IMG/VR virus record: IMGVR_UViG_3300020463_000019
Span: 2,293 to 66,292 of that record
Length of the DNA: 64,000 bases
Reading direction: 5' to 3' (one strand)
Source of the DNA: a virus
Shown: positions 1 through 10,054 of the stretch, piece by piece
Layout of the letters: each line of letters opens with the position of its first letter
Position numbering within the stretch: the first letter of the stretch is position 1
The notes under the pieces: generated by a model
Seen by the model: the letters and a program-made list of their open reading frames with translations, nothing else
Databases searched by the model: none
Told to the model about the DNA's origin: nothing
Translations under genes and position numbers: made by a program

Positions 1-14
1 GCGATGCACTTGAC

Positions 15-2648
15 ATGGGTGCTATCAGCGATGACGGAATGCTTGCCAATAAGTTAAGTGGAGCATTTTCAGGCCTAGAAGGTATCAAGCCTCCACAAAT
101 AAAAGCTGATGCAGGCCAAGTTAACACATCAGTTGATGGCGAAGAAGCAAAAGAAAAAACTACAACAAAAGTACCAGCAGTTGTAAGACCAAATGTATTA
201 CACAGTTACTCAAGTTACACATATCATCTTGAAATGTTTGCACTTACAACAGAAGATTATAATAGTTTTGTAAATGATCCAGAGTTTACCATTGAAGGAA
301 AACAAGATCGCTTGTTGATCAAAAGCGGTGGAGGTGATTATGACAATAGAAACAGACATTTCCACTTAGATTATTTTATTGATAACCTACAAATTAGTAG
401 TGTAATTTCGCCTGGCGGAGATAATATTGGTAGTACTAACACTCAGCTATCTTTTGAAATACGCGAACCATACGGTATGACATTGTTGAACGCTTTTGTA
501 CTTGCCGCTGGTGAACTAGGAAGTTATAATTATATTGATCAACCTTACATGCTAAAAATTAGTTTTAAAGGATATGATTCAAAAAATAAACTAATTGAAG
601 AATCTACCAAAGGTTTATCAACTAGATATATCCCTATTAGATTTACAAACTTTACATTTGGAGTTGGCGTTGAAGGAACAACTTATAATATTGAGGCAGT
701 TCCTTATCATAGCATTGGAATATCAAGTCATAAAAGTACTATTCCAGCAAACATACAATTAGAAGCAACCACAGTTGGAGAGTTTCTTGTTAAAGAACTT
801 ACTACAGTCTCTAACAAAACAGTACAAGTAAAAAGAGAAGTTGATCCAAGATTTAGAAGTGCATCAGGTATTGCAAATGAAGGCGGAGGTGCTTTACAGA
901 CAACAAGCCGACAAGAAGAAATTACAGAAAATGTTCAAGGCGGACTAGCCGGTTATTTAAATAATTTAGAACGAGATCATGTAAAACAAAAACTTAAAAC
1001 TGTGGCAGATGTATATGCATTTGAGCTACCTGAGATTATTGGTAAATCGCAAATCATGCTAAATGAATTAGTTGATATTGCAAAAGCAAAAAACGAAAAA
1101 GACCCAGAGAAGATTGCTAAAGGACAATTAAATATTCCTGATTCATTTGAATTTGACAAAGAAAAACAATCATTTGCTATTCGTGCAGGAACACCTATAA
1201 TCAAAGTTATACACAGTGTACTTCGTACATGTAGTTACATGCTTGATCAAGTTCAAAAGTTTGACTTGAAAAGAGACGAAAAAGAAGCACAAGGATATGA
1301 AGAAAACCGTAAGAAGCCAATTAATTTTTATCGTATTGTGCCTCGTGTTGAATTATTATCAGACCAGTTTGATACTATAAGAAACTGTTGGGCTAAGAAA
1401 ATTACTTTTGTAATACAACAATATGATATGACTGGCAAGGATTATGAAAACTTAGGACAAGCACAAATACAAGATTATGTTAAGTCTTATAGATACTTGT
1501 ACACCGGAGAGAACACTGACATTCTTAACTTTGATATTCAGTTTAATGCGGCATACTTTCAAAAAGGATTGTACAATATAGCACAAAAATCAAAACAGTA
1601 TTCAACAGGAATCACTAACACAAATCCAACAGCTATTGCAGAAGGTCACACTGCCCTAGCAGAACCTAATGGTTCATCAAACATATTTCCACGCATGAGA
1701 GAAATTGTAACTGATACCGGAACAAGTAAACAAATTAACGATCCAAGAGTAAGTGACAGAGCCTCAGTTATTGATCATTTTATGGATGATGTATTTGATC
1801 AAGGTGCAGACTTAGTTAGTCTAAATATGAATATTGTTGGCGACCCAGCGTATATACAAACAACTGATCTTAGAGATGTAAGCATAAACAGTTTCAATGC
1901 TCCTGCATTTAACAAAAACCTTAGCCTCAACCCTAACAAGGAATGGCACATTTATATAGAATTTAAAAACCCACCTGATTATAATTCAAGAACAGGCACT
2001 ATGAAAGGTTTTGATATCAATGTAGGCGGAGAAGCTGATGTTAATGCTCCTACAATTGATGGATACTATCGTTTGACTGAAGTTCGTAGTACATTTAGTA
2101 ATGGACAATTTTCACAAGATCTAATAGGTGTGCGTGAGCGTATACAAGCTCTATCATATGCAAAAACAAGTGATCAAAATCCATCCACTAACTTAAATGC
2201 TAGAACTAGTAAGCCACTTAACGGAGAGATAGTGAAAAAAGACGACTTTAGTGCTACTACTAATAAGCCGCCATCAGTGAAACCTAAACCAAAGACAGTA
2301 ACAAGTGAAGATACTTCTGATAAGTTTGATGATCTCAAAGGACCTGAAGAAAAATTAAAGAAAAAAGCATTGACTCCAGTTAGTGAGGTCGAGCAAGCCG
2401 CCACTAATTTTGAAACTAAGGGTGATAAAAAGATCGAGGCAGTGACTCCACCTCCTAAGAAAGTAGTAAAAGAACCACCTCCACCACCTCCAAAAGTGGT
2501 TGAGAATAAACCTAAGTTGCCAGAAGGTATAACTCCTGACAGAGTTAGTGGTGGATGGAGAGCATTCAATCCTGCAACAGGTAAAGCCCAAGGATTTGCC
2601 TTTAATGACTTAGAAGGAGCAAAAGCATTTGCAAGTGGGGGAGGATAA
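15..2648 (+). CDS. Baseplate hub/tail-associated structural protein (possibly 5'-truncated)
   Basis: 877 aa, immediately upstream of the gp5-like spike. Has IVGDP and 'YRLTEVRSTFSNGQFSQDL' segments typical of phage hub proteins and a Pro/Lys-rich C-terminal linker. The frame is open back to the window start. Confidence 0.5.
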   Translation: MGAISDDGMLANKLSGAFSGLEGIKPPQIKADAGQVNTSVDGEEAKEKTTTKVPAVVRPNVLHSYSSYTYHLEMFALTTEDYNSFVNDPEFTIEGKQDRLLIKSGGGDYDNRNRHFHLDYFIDNLQISSVISPGGDNIGSTNTQLSFEIREPYGMTLLNAFVLAAGELGSYNYIDQPYMLKISFKGYDSKNKLIEESTKGLSTRYIPIRFTNFTFGVGVEGTTYNIEAVPYHSIGISSHKSTIPANIQLEATTVGEFLVKELTTVSNKTVQVKREVDPRFRSASGIANEGGGALQTTSRQEEITENVQGGLAGYLNNLERDHVKQKLKTVADVYAFELPEIIGKSQIMLNELVDIAKAKNEKDPEKIAKGQLNIPDSFEFDKEKQSFAIRAGTPIIKVIHSVLRTCSYMLDQVQKFDLKRDEKEAQGYEENRKKPINFYRIVPRVELLSDQFDTIRNCWAKKITFVIQQYDMTGKDYENLGQAQIQDYVKSYRYLYTGENTDILNFDIQFNAAYFQKGLYNIAQKSKQYSTGITNTNPTAIAEGHTALAEPNGSSNIFPRMREIVTDTGTSKQINDPRVSDRASVIDHFMDDVFDQGADLVSLNMNIVGDPAYIQTTDLRDVSINSFNAPAFNKNLSLNPNKEWHIYIEFKNPPDYNSRTGTMKGFDINVGGEADVNAPTIDGYYRLTEVRSTFSNGQFSQDLIGVRERIQALSYAKTSDQNPSTNLNARTSKPLNGEIVKKDDFSATTNKPPSVKPKPKTVTSEDTSDKFDDLKGPEEKLKKKALTPVSEVEQAATNFETKGDKKIEAVTPPPKKVVKEPPPPPPKVVENKPKLPEGITPDRVSGGWRAFNPATGKAQGFAFNDLEGAKAFASGGG

Positions 2649-2651
2649 TAG

Positions 2652-3938
2652 ATGAGCGAATTTCTTCAAAATATAAACAAAATTCATAAAGATTTAGATG
2701 TTAACAAAAAAGGAAGTATTGTTGATCCTGGTCCATATGAAGCAACAATTATGAATGCAAGTGATACGATTCGAACTGGTCGTGTTGATGTTTATATTCC
2801 TGCTTTAGGAGGTCCAATTGGCAGTACAAATAGTTGGTATACAGTTAGATATGCACAACCTTACTTTGGAAAAACAAATAAAGATTTAATAGATAAGCAA
2901 GAAGTTACTGGATTACATAGTTATGGTATGTGGATGACTCCACCTGACCCTGGAACTAAGGTTGTAGTTACATTTATGGAAGGGTTATCAAACAAAGGAA
3001 TTGTAATTGGTTGTATAGTTGATGATATTACAAATTTCATGTGTCCTGGATTACCATGTAGTAAGTATTGGGTAGCAAGTGCAGAAGTAAGTGAGTTATT
3101 TCCAGCATACCAAGTAGGCAAAGACTTTTTGCCAGTACTAGAATATAATCCAAAAGTTGTTAGAGATGTTGACAACAAAGCAGGTGTTATTGAACGTCCA
3201 GTAAATATTCCTCTTGCAAAGATACTAAAAGAACAAGGCTTAATTGCTGACAGTGTAAGAGGATTAAGTCAAAGCACAAGTCAAAGAGAAGCAAACAGTT
3301 CTGTTTACGGAATAAACACACCCGGACGTCAAGTAAATCCATCAGATTCAAGCAATGAAGTCAAAGGGCGTTTACCCGGACATATGTTTGTTATGGATGA
3401 CGGTGACGATAAAGGCGCAAGTAATCAAATGCGTTTGCGTACTAGTACTGGACATCAAATACTAATGGATGACGATGAAGGTATTATATATGTTGCAACT
3501 GCAAGTGGTAATGCCTGGATTGAAATGACAAACAACGGAAACATTCATGTATACGGAAAGCAGAGTTTGAGTATTCATACTGAAGGAAGTTTTAATGTAC
3601 ACGCTGGTGGAAATATAAATCTAAATGCACAAATGGGTATCAATGCATTAGCCGAAGGTAACGGTGGAATAAAAATTGAAGCCAAAGAAGGAAACTACGA
3701 CGTATATAGTAAAACAGGAATAGTGCATCAAAGTGGGGAAGGTGGCTTTGATGTGAAAACTGCATCAGATGTAAAAATTACTGCAACTGATCACGACATA
3801 CACCACAACGGTCCAGAAGCAACAGATGCTCAGAGGCCTACACCTAATGACTTATTAACAGCAAACGGAAATCGAGATGTTACAAATAGTGTAGCAAATA
3901 TCGTGCCTGAACACGAACCATGGAATAGAGGAGACTAA
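2652..3938 (+). CDS. gp5: Baseplate central spike, gp5/VgrG-like
   Basis: N-terminal OB-fold-like 'GRVDVYIP...PPDPGTKVVVTF'; 'GHMFVMDDGD...RLRTSTGHQILMDD' followed by beta-helix-like repeats; PAAR and gp25 lie downstream. Confidence 0.75.
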   Translation: MSEFLQNINKIHKDLDVNKKGSIVDPGPYEATIMNASDTIRTGRVDVYIPALGGPIGSTNSWYTVRYAQPYFGKTNKDLIDKQEVTGLHSYGMWMTPPDPGTKVVVTFMEGLSNKGIVIGCIVDDITNFMCPGLPCSKYWVASAEVSELFPAYQVGKDFLPVLEYNPKVVRDVDNKAGVIERPVNIPLAKILKEQGLIADSVRGLSQSTSQREANSSVYGINTPGRQVNPSDSSNEVKGRLPGHMFVMDDGDDKGASNQMRLRTSTGHQILMDDDEGIIYVATASGNAWIEMTNNGNIHVYGKQSLSIHTEGSFNVHAGGNINLNAQMGINALAEGNGGIKIEAKEGNYDVYSKTGIVHQSGEGGFDVKTASDVKITATDHDIHHNGPEATDAQRPTPNDLLTANGNRDVTNSVANIVPEHEPWNRGD

Positions 3939-3940
3939 AA

Positions 3941-4876
3941 ATGCCATTGAGTTTTGGAGGTCGTACTTTTAATTTTGATCTTGATGCTGTAGCCAAAGGA
4001 GCAGTTGATAAACTGAACAATGGTGCGGACTCAACATTCAAGTTAAGTACGGACGCATGTAGCGTTATGGGAACAATTGGAGCTATAGTTCCAGATCAAA
4101 AAACGGCAGTTGCCGCGGCTGAAGCCGAAGAAAAAACACAAGAAATGTTAACTGCAATAAGTGACTCATCAGGTCAACTTACTGAAGCAATAAGCGAGTT
4201 AACCAAAGTAACTGCAACCGCAGAAACAAAAGCACAAACAGTTAGTGACCTTGCGTCACGATTGAGAGCGGCAGGAAAGCCAGGAGTTGCAGACGAATTG
4301 GAAGAAGCATTAACTAACTATCTTGATGCAGTTGAAGGTAAAGCAGTCAAAGTAAATGATGTAGCAGGTATAGGTGGAGAAGTACCAGTCTTAGATAGTG
4401 ATGGTAATCCAACCTTTGATGAATTTGGTGATCCAGTTACACAAGATGTAGGATCATTAATTGAAACTGCAATATCTGAAGCATCATCTAAGATGGATGA
4501 AGCAACTGCAAAACTTGGAAGTTTAGTATCTGCCACAGGCGGACTAAGTTGTAAAGGAATACAAGAAGCAATGCTAAACAGCAAGTTTGATGCTAGTGGT
4601 AATACTGGAGAAATGAGTAAAAAGGTAAAAAGTACAGTACCAAGACATACTAGACGTATACAAGATAATGGTACACTGGTTAATTTTAATATTGATCGTA
4701 AAAAACCTTTTAGAGATGTTGAAGAAGAAATACAAGTTAGAAACTATGATGCAGCTGAAAACGAAGATCCGTTTACATTAAAGAAAGTGTTGGTTAGAGT
4801 GTATGGAACTGATGCACAGTTAAACAAACGCTATGGTGCAAAAGTTGAAGAGTTACCGGAGGCAATAGAAGTATAA
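3941..4876 (+). CDS. Hypothetical protein, helical, with C-terminal NFNID..RVYG domain
   Basis: 311 aa with GGAG RBS; C-terminal domain shared with the next ORF. Confidence 0.6.
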   Translation: MPLSFGGRTFNFDLDAVAKGAVDKLNNGADSTFKLSTDACSVMGTIGAIVPDQKTAVAAAEAEEKTQEMLTAISDSSGQLTEAISELTKVTATAETKAQTVSDLASRLRAAGKPGVADELEEALTNYLDAVEGKAVKVNDVAGIGGEVPVLDSDGNPTFDEFGDPVTQDVGSLIETAISEASSKMDEATAKLGSLVSATGGLSCKGIQEAMLNSKFDASGNTGEMSKKVKSTVPRHTRRIQDNGTLVNFNIDRKKPFRDVEEEIQVRNYDAAENEDPFTLKKVLVRVYGTDAQLNKRYGAKVEELPEAIEV

Positions 4877-5736
4877 TGAAAAACTACATGATCAAACCAA
4901 ATTTAAAATTACAAAACTTTAATATTGATTATAAACTACCAAACAAAGTTGTAAAATACAACGGCGAAGATATTAAGTTGTATGGAAGAATTAAAGATAT
5001 TGACAAGCGTTTTCCTGATGGAGAAGAAGTAGTTGTTGAATCTAAAAAGCCAGATGCATCAGCCGACGTTCCGGTTTGGCCCGGTGCGGCAAAACTTATG
5101 CCTGCATCATTTACTGCGGCAGTGAGTAAAGCAACAGACGAAATGAAATCATTGACAAACCAAGCACTGAACAGTGTGCAAGGAATGGGATCAGGACTTA
5201 AAGCGTTGGCACAAGGAAATGCAAGTGAACTAATTATGTTAGCCAAACTTGATGCCGCAATTATCAAAGCAAAACAAGAGCTTGGAGAAATATCAAAACC
5301 TACTGCTGATGAATTAAAAAAAGGTGCAGATGGCGAACTATTGAAAGCCATGGATATTAAAGATCCTAGTAGTCTAAGTAAAGCATTAGGCGGCGATGGC
5401 TTGGCAAGTAAAGTAGGAGTGCCTGCAACTGCAAGATCATTATCTGGTGATAGTTTACAAAACTTTAATATTGATAAAACACAAAATTACAGAGATGTTT
5501 TAGAAGAAGTTGATGTAAGAGTTGGCGATGGTGATGATGCTACATTTGAAAGACAAAAGAAAAAAGTTAGAGTATACGGCAGTGAAACTGACTTAACTTC
5601 AAAGTATGGAGCAAGAAGTGAAGAGACTGATATAGGTATCAAGTATGGCAAACAAAAGCCATCAACTACTGGAAAGCCAGACATCAGTACACAGACATTT
5701 AATGCCGCGAAAAAAACTTGGGGAGTATCAGCATAA
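4876..5736 (+). CDS. Hypothetical protein with two NFNID..YG domains
   Basis: 286 aa, TAATG-coupled at both ends; carries a domain paralogous to 3941..4876. Confidence 0.6.
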   Translation: MKNYMIKPNLKLQNFNIDYKLPNKVVKYNGEDIKLYGRIKDIDKRFPDGEEVVVESKKPDASADVPVWPGAAKLMPASFTAAVSKATDEMKSLTNQALNSVQGMGSGLKALAQGNASELIMLAKLDAAIIKAKQELGEISKPTADELKKGADGELLKAMDIKDPSSLSKALGGDGLASKVGVPATARSLSGDSLQNFNIDKTQNYRDVLEEVDVRVGDGDDATFERQKKKVRVYGSETDLTSKYGARSEETDIGIKYGKQKPSTTGKPDISTQTFNAAKKTWGVSA

Positions 5737-6050
5737 TGGCAAGAGGTATTGCACGAGTTGGAGATAGAACACACGGAACATGTTTTCATCCATCACATGT
5801 TCCACCATTAGTAACAGGTGGAACTATTATTACAGGAAGCCCAGACGACTTGACAAACGAAAAGTTAACTGCTAGGCTAGGTGACAAAGTATTAACTGAT
5901 TGCGGACATGTTGCTGAAATAATTACAGGCAGTCCAAGTGTAATTACAAATGAAAAATTAACTGCCAGGTTAGCAGATAAAGTAGCAAACGGACCTCCGT
6001 ATATTGCTGAAATTATTACTGCAAGTCCTGACAGAATGGCAGATGATTAA
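5736..6050 (+). CDS. PAAR-like spike tip protein
   Basis: Start MARGIARVGD at 5736 (TAATG overlap). Repeats IARVGD/LTARLGD/LTARLAD with ITGSP; C/H residues (CFHPSH, CGH) for metal binding. Confidence 0.85.
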   Translation: MARGIARVGDRTHGTCFHPSHVPPLVTGGTIITGSPDDLTNEKLTARLGDKVLTDCGHVAEIITGSPSVITNEKLTARLADKVANGPPYIAEIITASPDRMADD

Positions 6051-6054
6051 AGGT

Positions 6055-6060
6055 TAAATA
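6055..6060 (+). promoter_or_regulatory. T4-like late promoter motif (TAAATA)
   Basis: TAAATA 5 nt before the gp25 ATG; the motif recurs before other structural genes. Confidence 0.55.
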
Positions 6061-6065
6061 GTACT

Positions 6066-6443
6066 ATGGCAATATATAAAGGTTATACATCAGTAGGAAG
6101 AGATTACGTTGATACCGCGGCAACAGACGAGGTATTAATACGCATGGACTTAATGAATCACTTTAATACTAGGATGGGCGAACGTGTAATGAACCCTGAC
6201 TTTGGTTGTCTAGTATGGCAATACCTGTTTGATCCATTTACTGATGAAGCAAAATTTGCTATTATTGAAAACATTCAGGATATTATTAAGCAAGATCCTA
6301 GAGTGGTTCTAGATAAAATTGATGTAACAGAATATGAACATGGTTTACAAGTTATACTAGATCTAGTATATGATGGAAATGATCAATTAGAACAAATGCG
6401 AGTTTCATTTGACCAGCGTTCTGAATCAGCAGAAATGACATAA
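6066..6443 (+). CDS. gp25: Baseplate wedge gp25-like
   Basis: 'NTRMGERVMNPDFGC...LFDP...DPRV' gp25/GPW motifs. Confidence 0.85.
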   Translation: MAIYKGYTSVGRDYVDTAATDEVLIRMDLMNHFNTRMGERVMNPDFGCLVWQYLFDPFTDEAKFAIIENIQDIIKQDPRVVLDKIDVTEYEHGLQVILDLVYDGNDQLEQMRVSFDQRSESAEMT

Positions 6444-6471
6444 TCGTTATATACGCACTTTTTGTAACACA

Positions 6472-6477
6472 TAAATA
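6472..6477 (+). promoter_or_regulatory. T4-like late promoter motif
   Basis: ATAAATA in the intergenic gap before the gp6-like gene. Confidence 0.5.
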
Positions 6478-6502
6478 CTAGAACAAGGAATTGGGTATAT
6501 AA

Positions 6503-9500
6503 ATGAGCACTAGCGACCGTCAAAATAGTTTATTTGTTTCAGAGGACTGGACAAAAATTTATCAAACTTTCCGTGATGCAGACTTTCAAAGTTACGATTT
6601 TGAAACACTTCGTGCCACAATGGTACAATATCTTCGTAATAACTATCCTGAAGATTTCAATGATTACATTGAAAGTAGTGAATTTATTGCACTTATGGAT
6701 CTTATTGCATACTTTGGACAAAGTCTTGCATTTAGACAAGATCTTAACGCAAGAGAGAACTTTTTAGAAACTGCACAAAGACGTGATAGTGTATTACGTT
6801 TGGCAAAATTATTAAGTTATCAGCCTAAAAGAAACCAACCTGCTCGTGGTATGCTCAAAATCACAAGCATTGGAACAACTGAAAGTGTAACAGATAGCAC
6901 TGGCAGAAATCTTGCTGATAGTTTTATTGTATGGAACGATACTACAAATCCTGATTACTTAGAACACTTTGCGGCTATATTAAATGCTTCAATGGCATCA
7001 GCACAAAACTTTGGCAATCCTGCAGTAAAGAAAACATTAAGTGGAATTAAAACTGAGTTGTACGAAATGAACTTAGTACCAGACAGTATTCCAGTTGTTG
7101 GGTTCAGCACTAGTATTGCTGGACAAAATATGCCTTTTGAAGTTGTAAATGGAACGTTTGAAAATAGAGAATACATTTACGAGCAAAGTCCAAGACCGGG
7201 TAATACATTCAATATGTTTTATCGACAGGATGGAAAAGGCGCCGGAAGTAGTAACACTGGTTTCTTTGTTTACTTCAAACAAGGTAAACTTGAAACTGTT
7301 GACTTTACACTTGATAATGCTCTAAATAATCGCCTTGTAAGCATTGATGTTAATAATATTAACAATGACGATGTATGGTTATTTGAAGTTAATCCTGATG
7401 CAAGTACTGGTGATGAGTGGACTAAAGTTCCAGCAATCACAGGAAATAACGTAATTTACAATAGTTTAACAGACAGTGTTCGTTCATTGTTTGCAGTCAA
7501 CAGTCGCACAAACGATCAAGTTGATTTAGTATTTGGCGACGGTGTTTTTGCTGATGTACCAGTTGGTAGTTTCCGTAGTTACTATCGAACTAGCAACGGA
7601 AGAACATATCGCATTAAGCCAGGAGATATCAAAGGACTTCGTGTAAGTGTACAATATGTAAGTAGAACAAATACAGTTGAAACTTTGACAATGGGTCTAA
7701 GTTTACAATACACAATTGACAATGCAACTGGAAGAGAGACACTAGCAGACATTAAATTAAAAGCACCACAACAATATTACACACAAAACCGTATGGTAAA
7801 TGGTGAAGATTATAATATCTTTCCATTAGTTAATTTTAACAATGTAATGAAAAGTAAGGCTATTAATAGAACTAGTAGTGGTATTAGTAGATTCCTTGAT
7901 GTGCGTGATGTTACTGGAAAATATTCTAGTACAAACATTTACTCAGCTGACGGTGGCTTATACCGTAACGAATTTTTAAATAATAAAACATTTACTTGGT
8001 TAACTGACAACGACATTTATAATGTCCTCAGAAACACAGTTGAGCCAATATTGCGTAGCAACGAAACTGAACATTTCTATCTTGCCAACTTTGAACGCAA
8101 AGACTTATCTATGAGTGAAGTAAGATGGGTAAGAGTCAGTTTTGGAAGTAACTATAGCACTGGATATTTTACAGATGCTTCAGGTGATTTACTTGAAGTG
8201 GGTACCGTTGTAAGCAACAATAGACAGTATGTAACTGAAAACAGTATGGTACAATTTTCAGCTCCGACAGGACAACACTTTATGTTAGATGGCACATTAA
8301 TGACAGGTGATGCTGATCATTCTAACAGTTTGAATGAAAGACACGCAGGTATTGTAAGTATTAACAACAACGGTTCAGGTACAAATGATGGACTGGTAAC
8401 TGCACAAACTGGAGCAGTTAGACTAAATGAAAACATTCCAACTGGTGCATTATTGCACTCGGTACTACCAGGATTTGTTAGTGATTTACCTGGTAGTTTT
8501 GAAAGTACAATGTTTACTGCTATCAAGCAATACAAAAACTTTGCAATCGGATTTGATTATCTTGATAGCGAATGGTATATAATCAACAGTAGAGATATTA
8601 GCACAAGTAATGTGTTTAGCAGAGATTTTGCAGAGAATAATACAAACTCAAATAAAGATGCAAGTTGGTTAGTAAAGTTTAGTACAGACGGTAGTACCTA
8701 TAGTATTGCATATCGTGGATTACAATACTACTTTACAAGTACTAGCGAAACAAGATTTTATTATGACCAACAAAGTAAAGTTTATGATCCAATTAATGGA
8801 CTAACCAAGAAAGATACAATTAGTGTACTTGGTATTAACAAAAAACCAACTGATGCAAATCCGTTGGTACGTGACATTGACTGGAACGTTTATGACGTAG
8901 TAGTTGAAAGCGATGGTTATCGTGATAATACAAAAGTATTAGTGACATTTGCTGATCAAGATGATGATGGCATTATTGATAATCCAAATATATTTGATGA
9001 AATTGTTGGCAAAGATTTAACTACAGATACGCCACAAAATCGTAAATTTATGTTTTTAAAGAGACAGGCTGATTATGATAACTTTGATAAGTTTGTTGCT
9101 ACTCAAGCAGGTAGCGTAAACCACAACTATAAAACATTAGCAGAAATTGAAGCAGCTCTTACTAATCTTGTTGTTAATCAAGTGCTTTATGCAGTTGACG
9201 AAAATAAATTTTATATTGTTTCAAATAGTACTGGAACTAAAACAGCAGTTGAAAGTTTAGATTATCAAGTTTATGTTGGTAGAGATGGCATCAAGTTTCA
9301 TTACATGCATAACTCACCAAATAACAGACGTATTGACCCAAGTCCTGGAAACATAATTGATATTTTTGTGCTTACAAGAAACTACAACGATTCATATGTT
9401 GAATATATTCAAGACACAACTAATACAGTAACAGCGCCAGAAGTTCCAACTGTAAACAGTTTAAGAAGTCAATTTAATAGCCTTGAAGGTTATAAAACAT

Positions 9501-10054
9501 TAAGTGATGCACTTATAATGCATAGTGCTAAATTTAAGCCATTGTTTGGTACAAAGGCTGATGAAAATCTACAGGCTAGTTTTAAAGTTGTTAAAAACGC
9601 AGGCTATACTATATCTGACAGTGAGATAAAAACTAAACTAATAGCGGCACTAAACGAATATTTTACAACTGACAACTGGGACTTTGGAGAAACTTTCTTC
9701 TTTAGTGAACTAAGTGCATTCTTGCATCAAAAGTTAACACCATTCCTAAACAGTGTAGTTATTGTTCCTAGAAGTGACACACAAGCATTTGGAAGTTTAT
9801 ATCAAATTAGTTGTGAACATGATGAAATATTTGTATCAGCCGCAACTGTTAATGATGTAGATATTATTGATGCTATTACTGCTTCAAACATCAAAGCAAC
9901 AGGAACAGTATATACTGGAAACGCTGAAACAACATCTCGTGGACTTAACATTACTAACACTAATGGTGGTAATTCGTTTGGTTCGGGCGGTGGAGGCTCA
10001 GGCGGTGGCGGCGGTGGCGGCGGCGGTGGCGGCGGCGGTTATGGAGGCTACTAA
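6503..10054 (+). CDS. gp6: Baseplate wedge gp6-like
   Basis: 'YDFETLR...FNDYIESS...ENFLETA', 'LVFGDGVF', '[10 protein letters not shown]' motifs; follows gp25. Confidence 0.8.
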   Translation: MSTSDRQNSLFVSEDWTKIYQTFRDADFQSYDFETLRATMVQYLRNNYPEDFNDYIESSEFIALMDLIAYFGQSLAFRQDLNARENFLETAQRRDSVLRLAKLLSYQPKRNQPARGMLKITSIGTTESVTDSTGRNLADSFIVWNDTTNPDYLEHFAAILNASMASAQNFGNPAVKKTLSGIKTELYEMNLVPDSIPVVGFSTSIAGQNMPFEVVNGTFENREYIYEQSPRPGNTFNMFYRQDGKGAGSSNTGFFVYFKQGKLETVDFTLDNALNNRLVSIDVNNINNDDVWLFEVNPDASTGDEWTKVPAITGNNVIYNSLTDSVRSLFAVNSRTNDQVDLVFGDGVFADVPVGSFRSYYRTSNGRTYRIKPGDIKGLRVSVQYVSRTNTVETLTMGLSLQYTIDNATGRETLADIKLKAPQQYYTQNRMVNGEDYNIFPLVNFNNVMKSKAINRTSSGISRFLDVRDVTGKYSSTNIYSADGGLYRNEFLNNKTFTWLTDNDIYNVLRNTVEPILRSNETEHFYLANFERKDLSMSEVRWVRVSFGSNYSTGYFTDASGDLLEVGTVVSNNRQYVTENSMVQFSAPTGQHFMLDGTLMTGDADHSNSLNERHAGIVSINNNGSGTNDGLVTAQTGAVRLNENIPTGALLHSVLPGFVSDLPGSFESTMFTAIKQYKNFAIGFDYLDSEWYIINSRDISTSNVFSRDFAENNTNSNKDASWLVKFSTDGSTYSIAYRGLQYYFTSTSETRFYYDQQSKVYDPINGLTKKDTISVLGINKKPTDANPLVRDIDWNVYDVVVESDGYRDNTKVLVTFADQDDDGIIDNPNIFDEIVGKDLTTDTPQNRKFMFLKRQADYDNFDKFVATQAGSVNHNYKTLAEIEAALTNLVVNQVLYAVDENKFYIVSNSTGTKTAVESLDYQVYVGRDGIKFHYMHNSPNNRRIDPSPGNIIDIFVLTRNYNDSYVEYIQDTTNTVTAPEVPTVNSLRSQFNSLEGYKTLSDALIMHSAKFKPLFGTKADENLQASFKVVKNAGYTISDSEIKTKLIAALNEYFTTDNWDFGETFFFSELSAFLHQKLTPFLNSVVIVPRSDTQAFGSLYQISCEHDEIFVSAATVNDVDIIDAITASNIKATGTVYTGNAETTSRGLNITNTNGGNSFGSGGGGSGGGGGGGGGGGGGYGGY
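9980..10051 (+). repeat. GGC/GGT trinucleotide run encoding a poly-Gly tail ending YGGY
   Basis: 13 consecutive Gly codons at 10001-10039; locally GC-rich. Confidence 0.9.
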
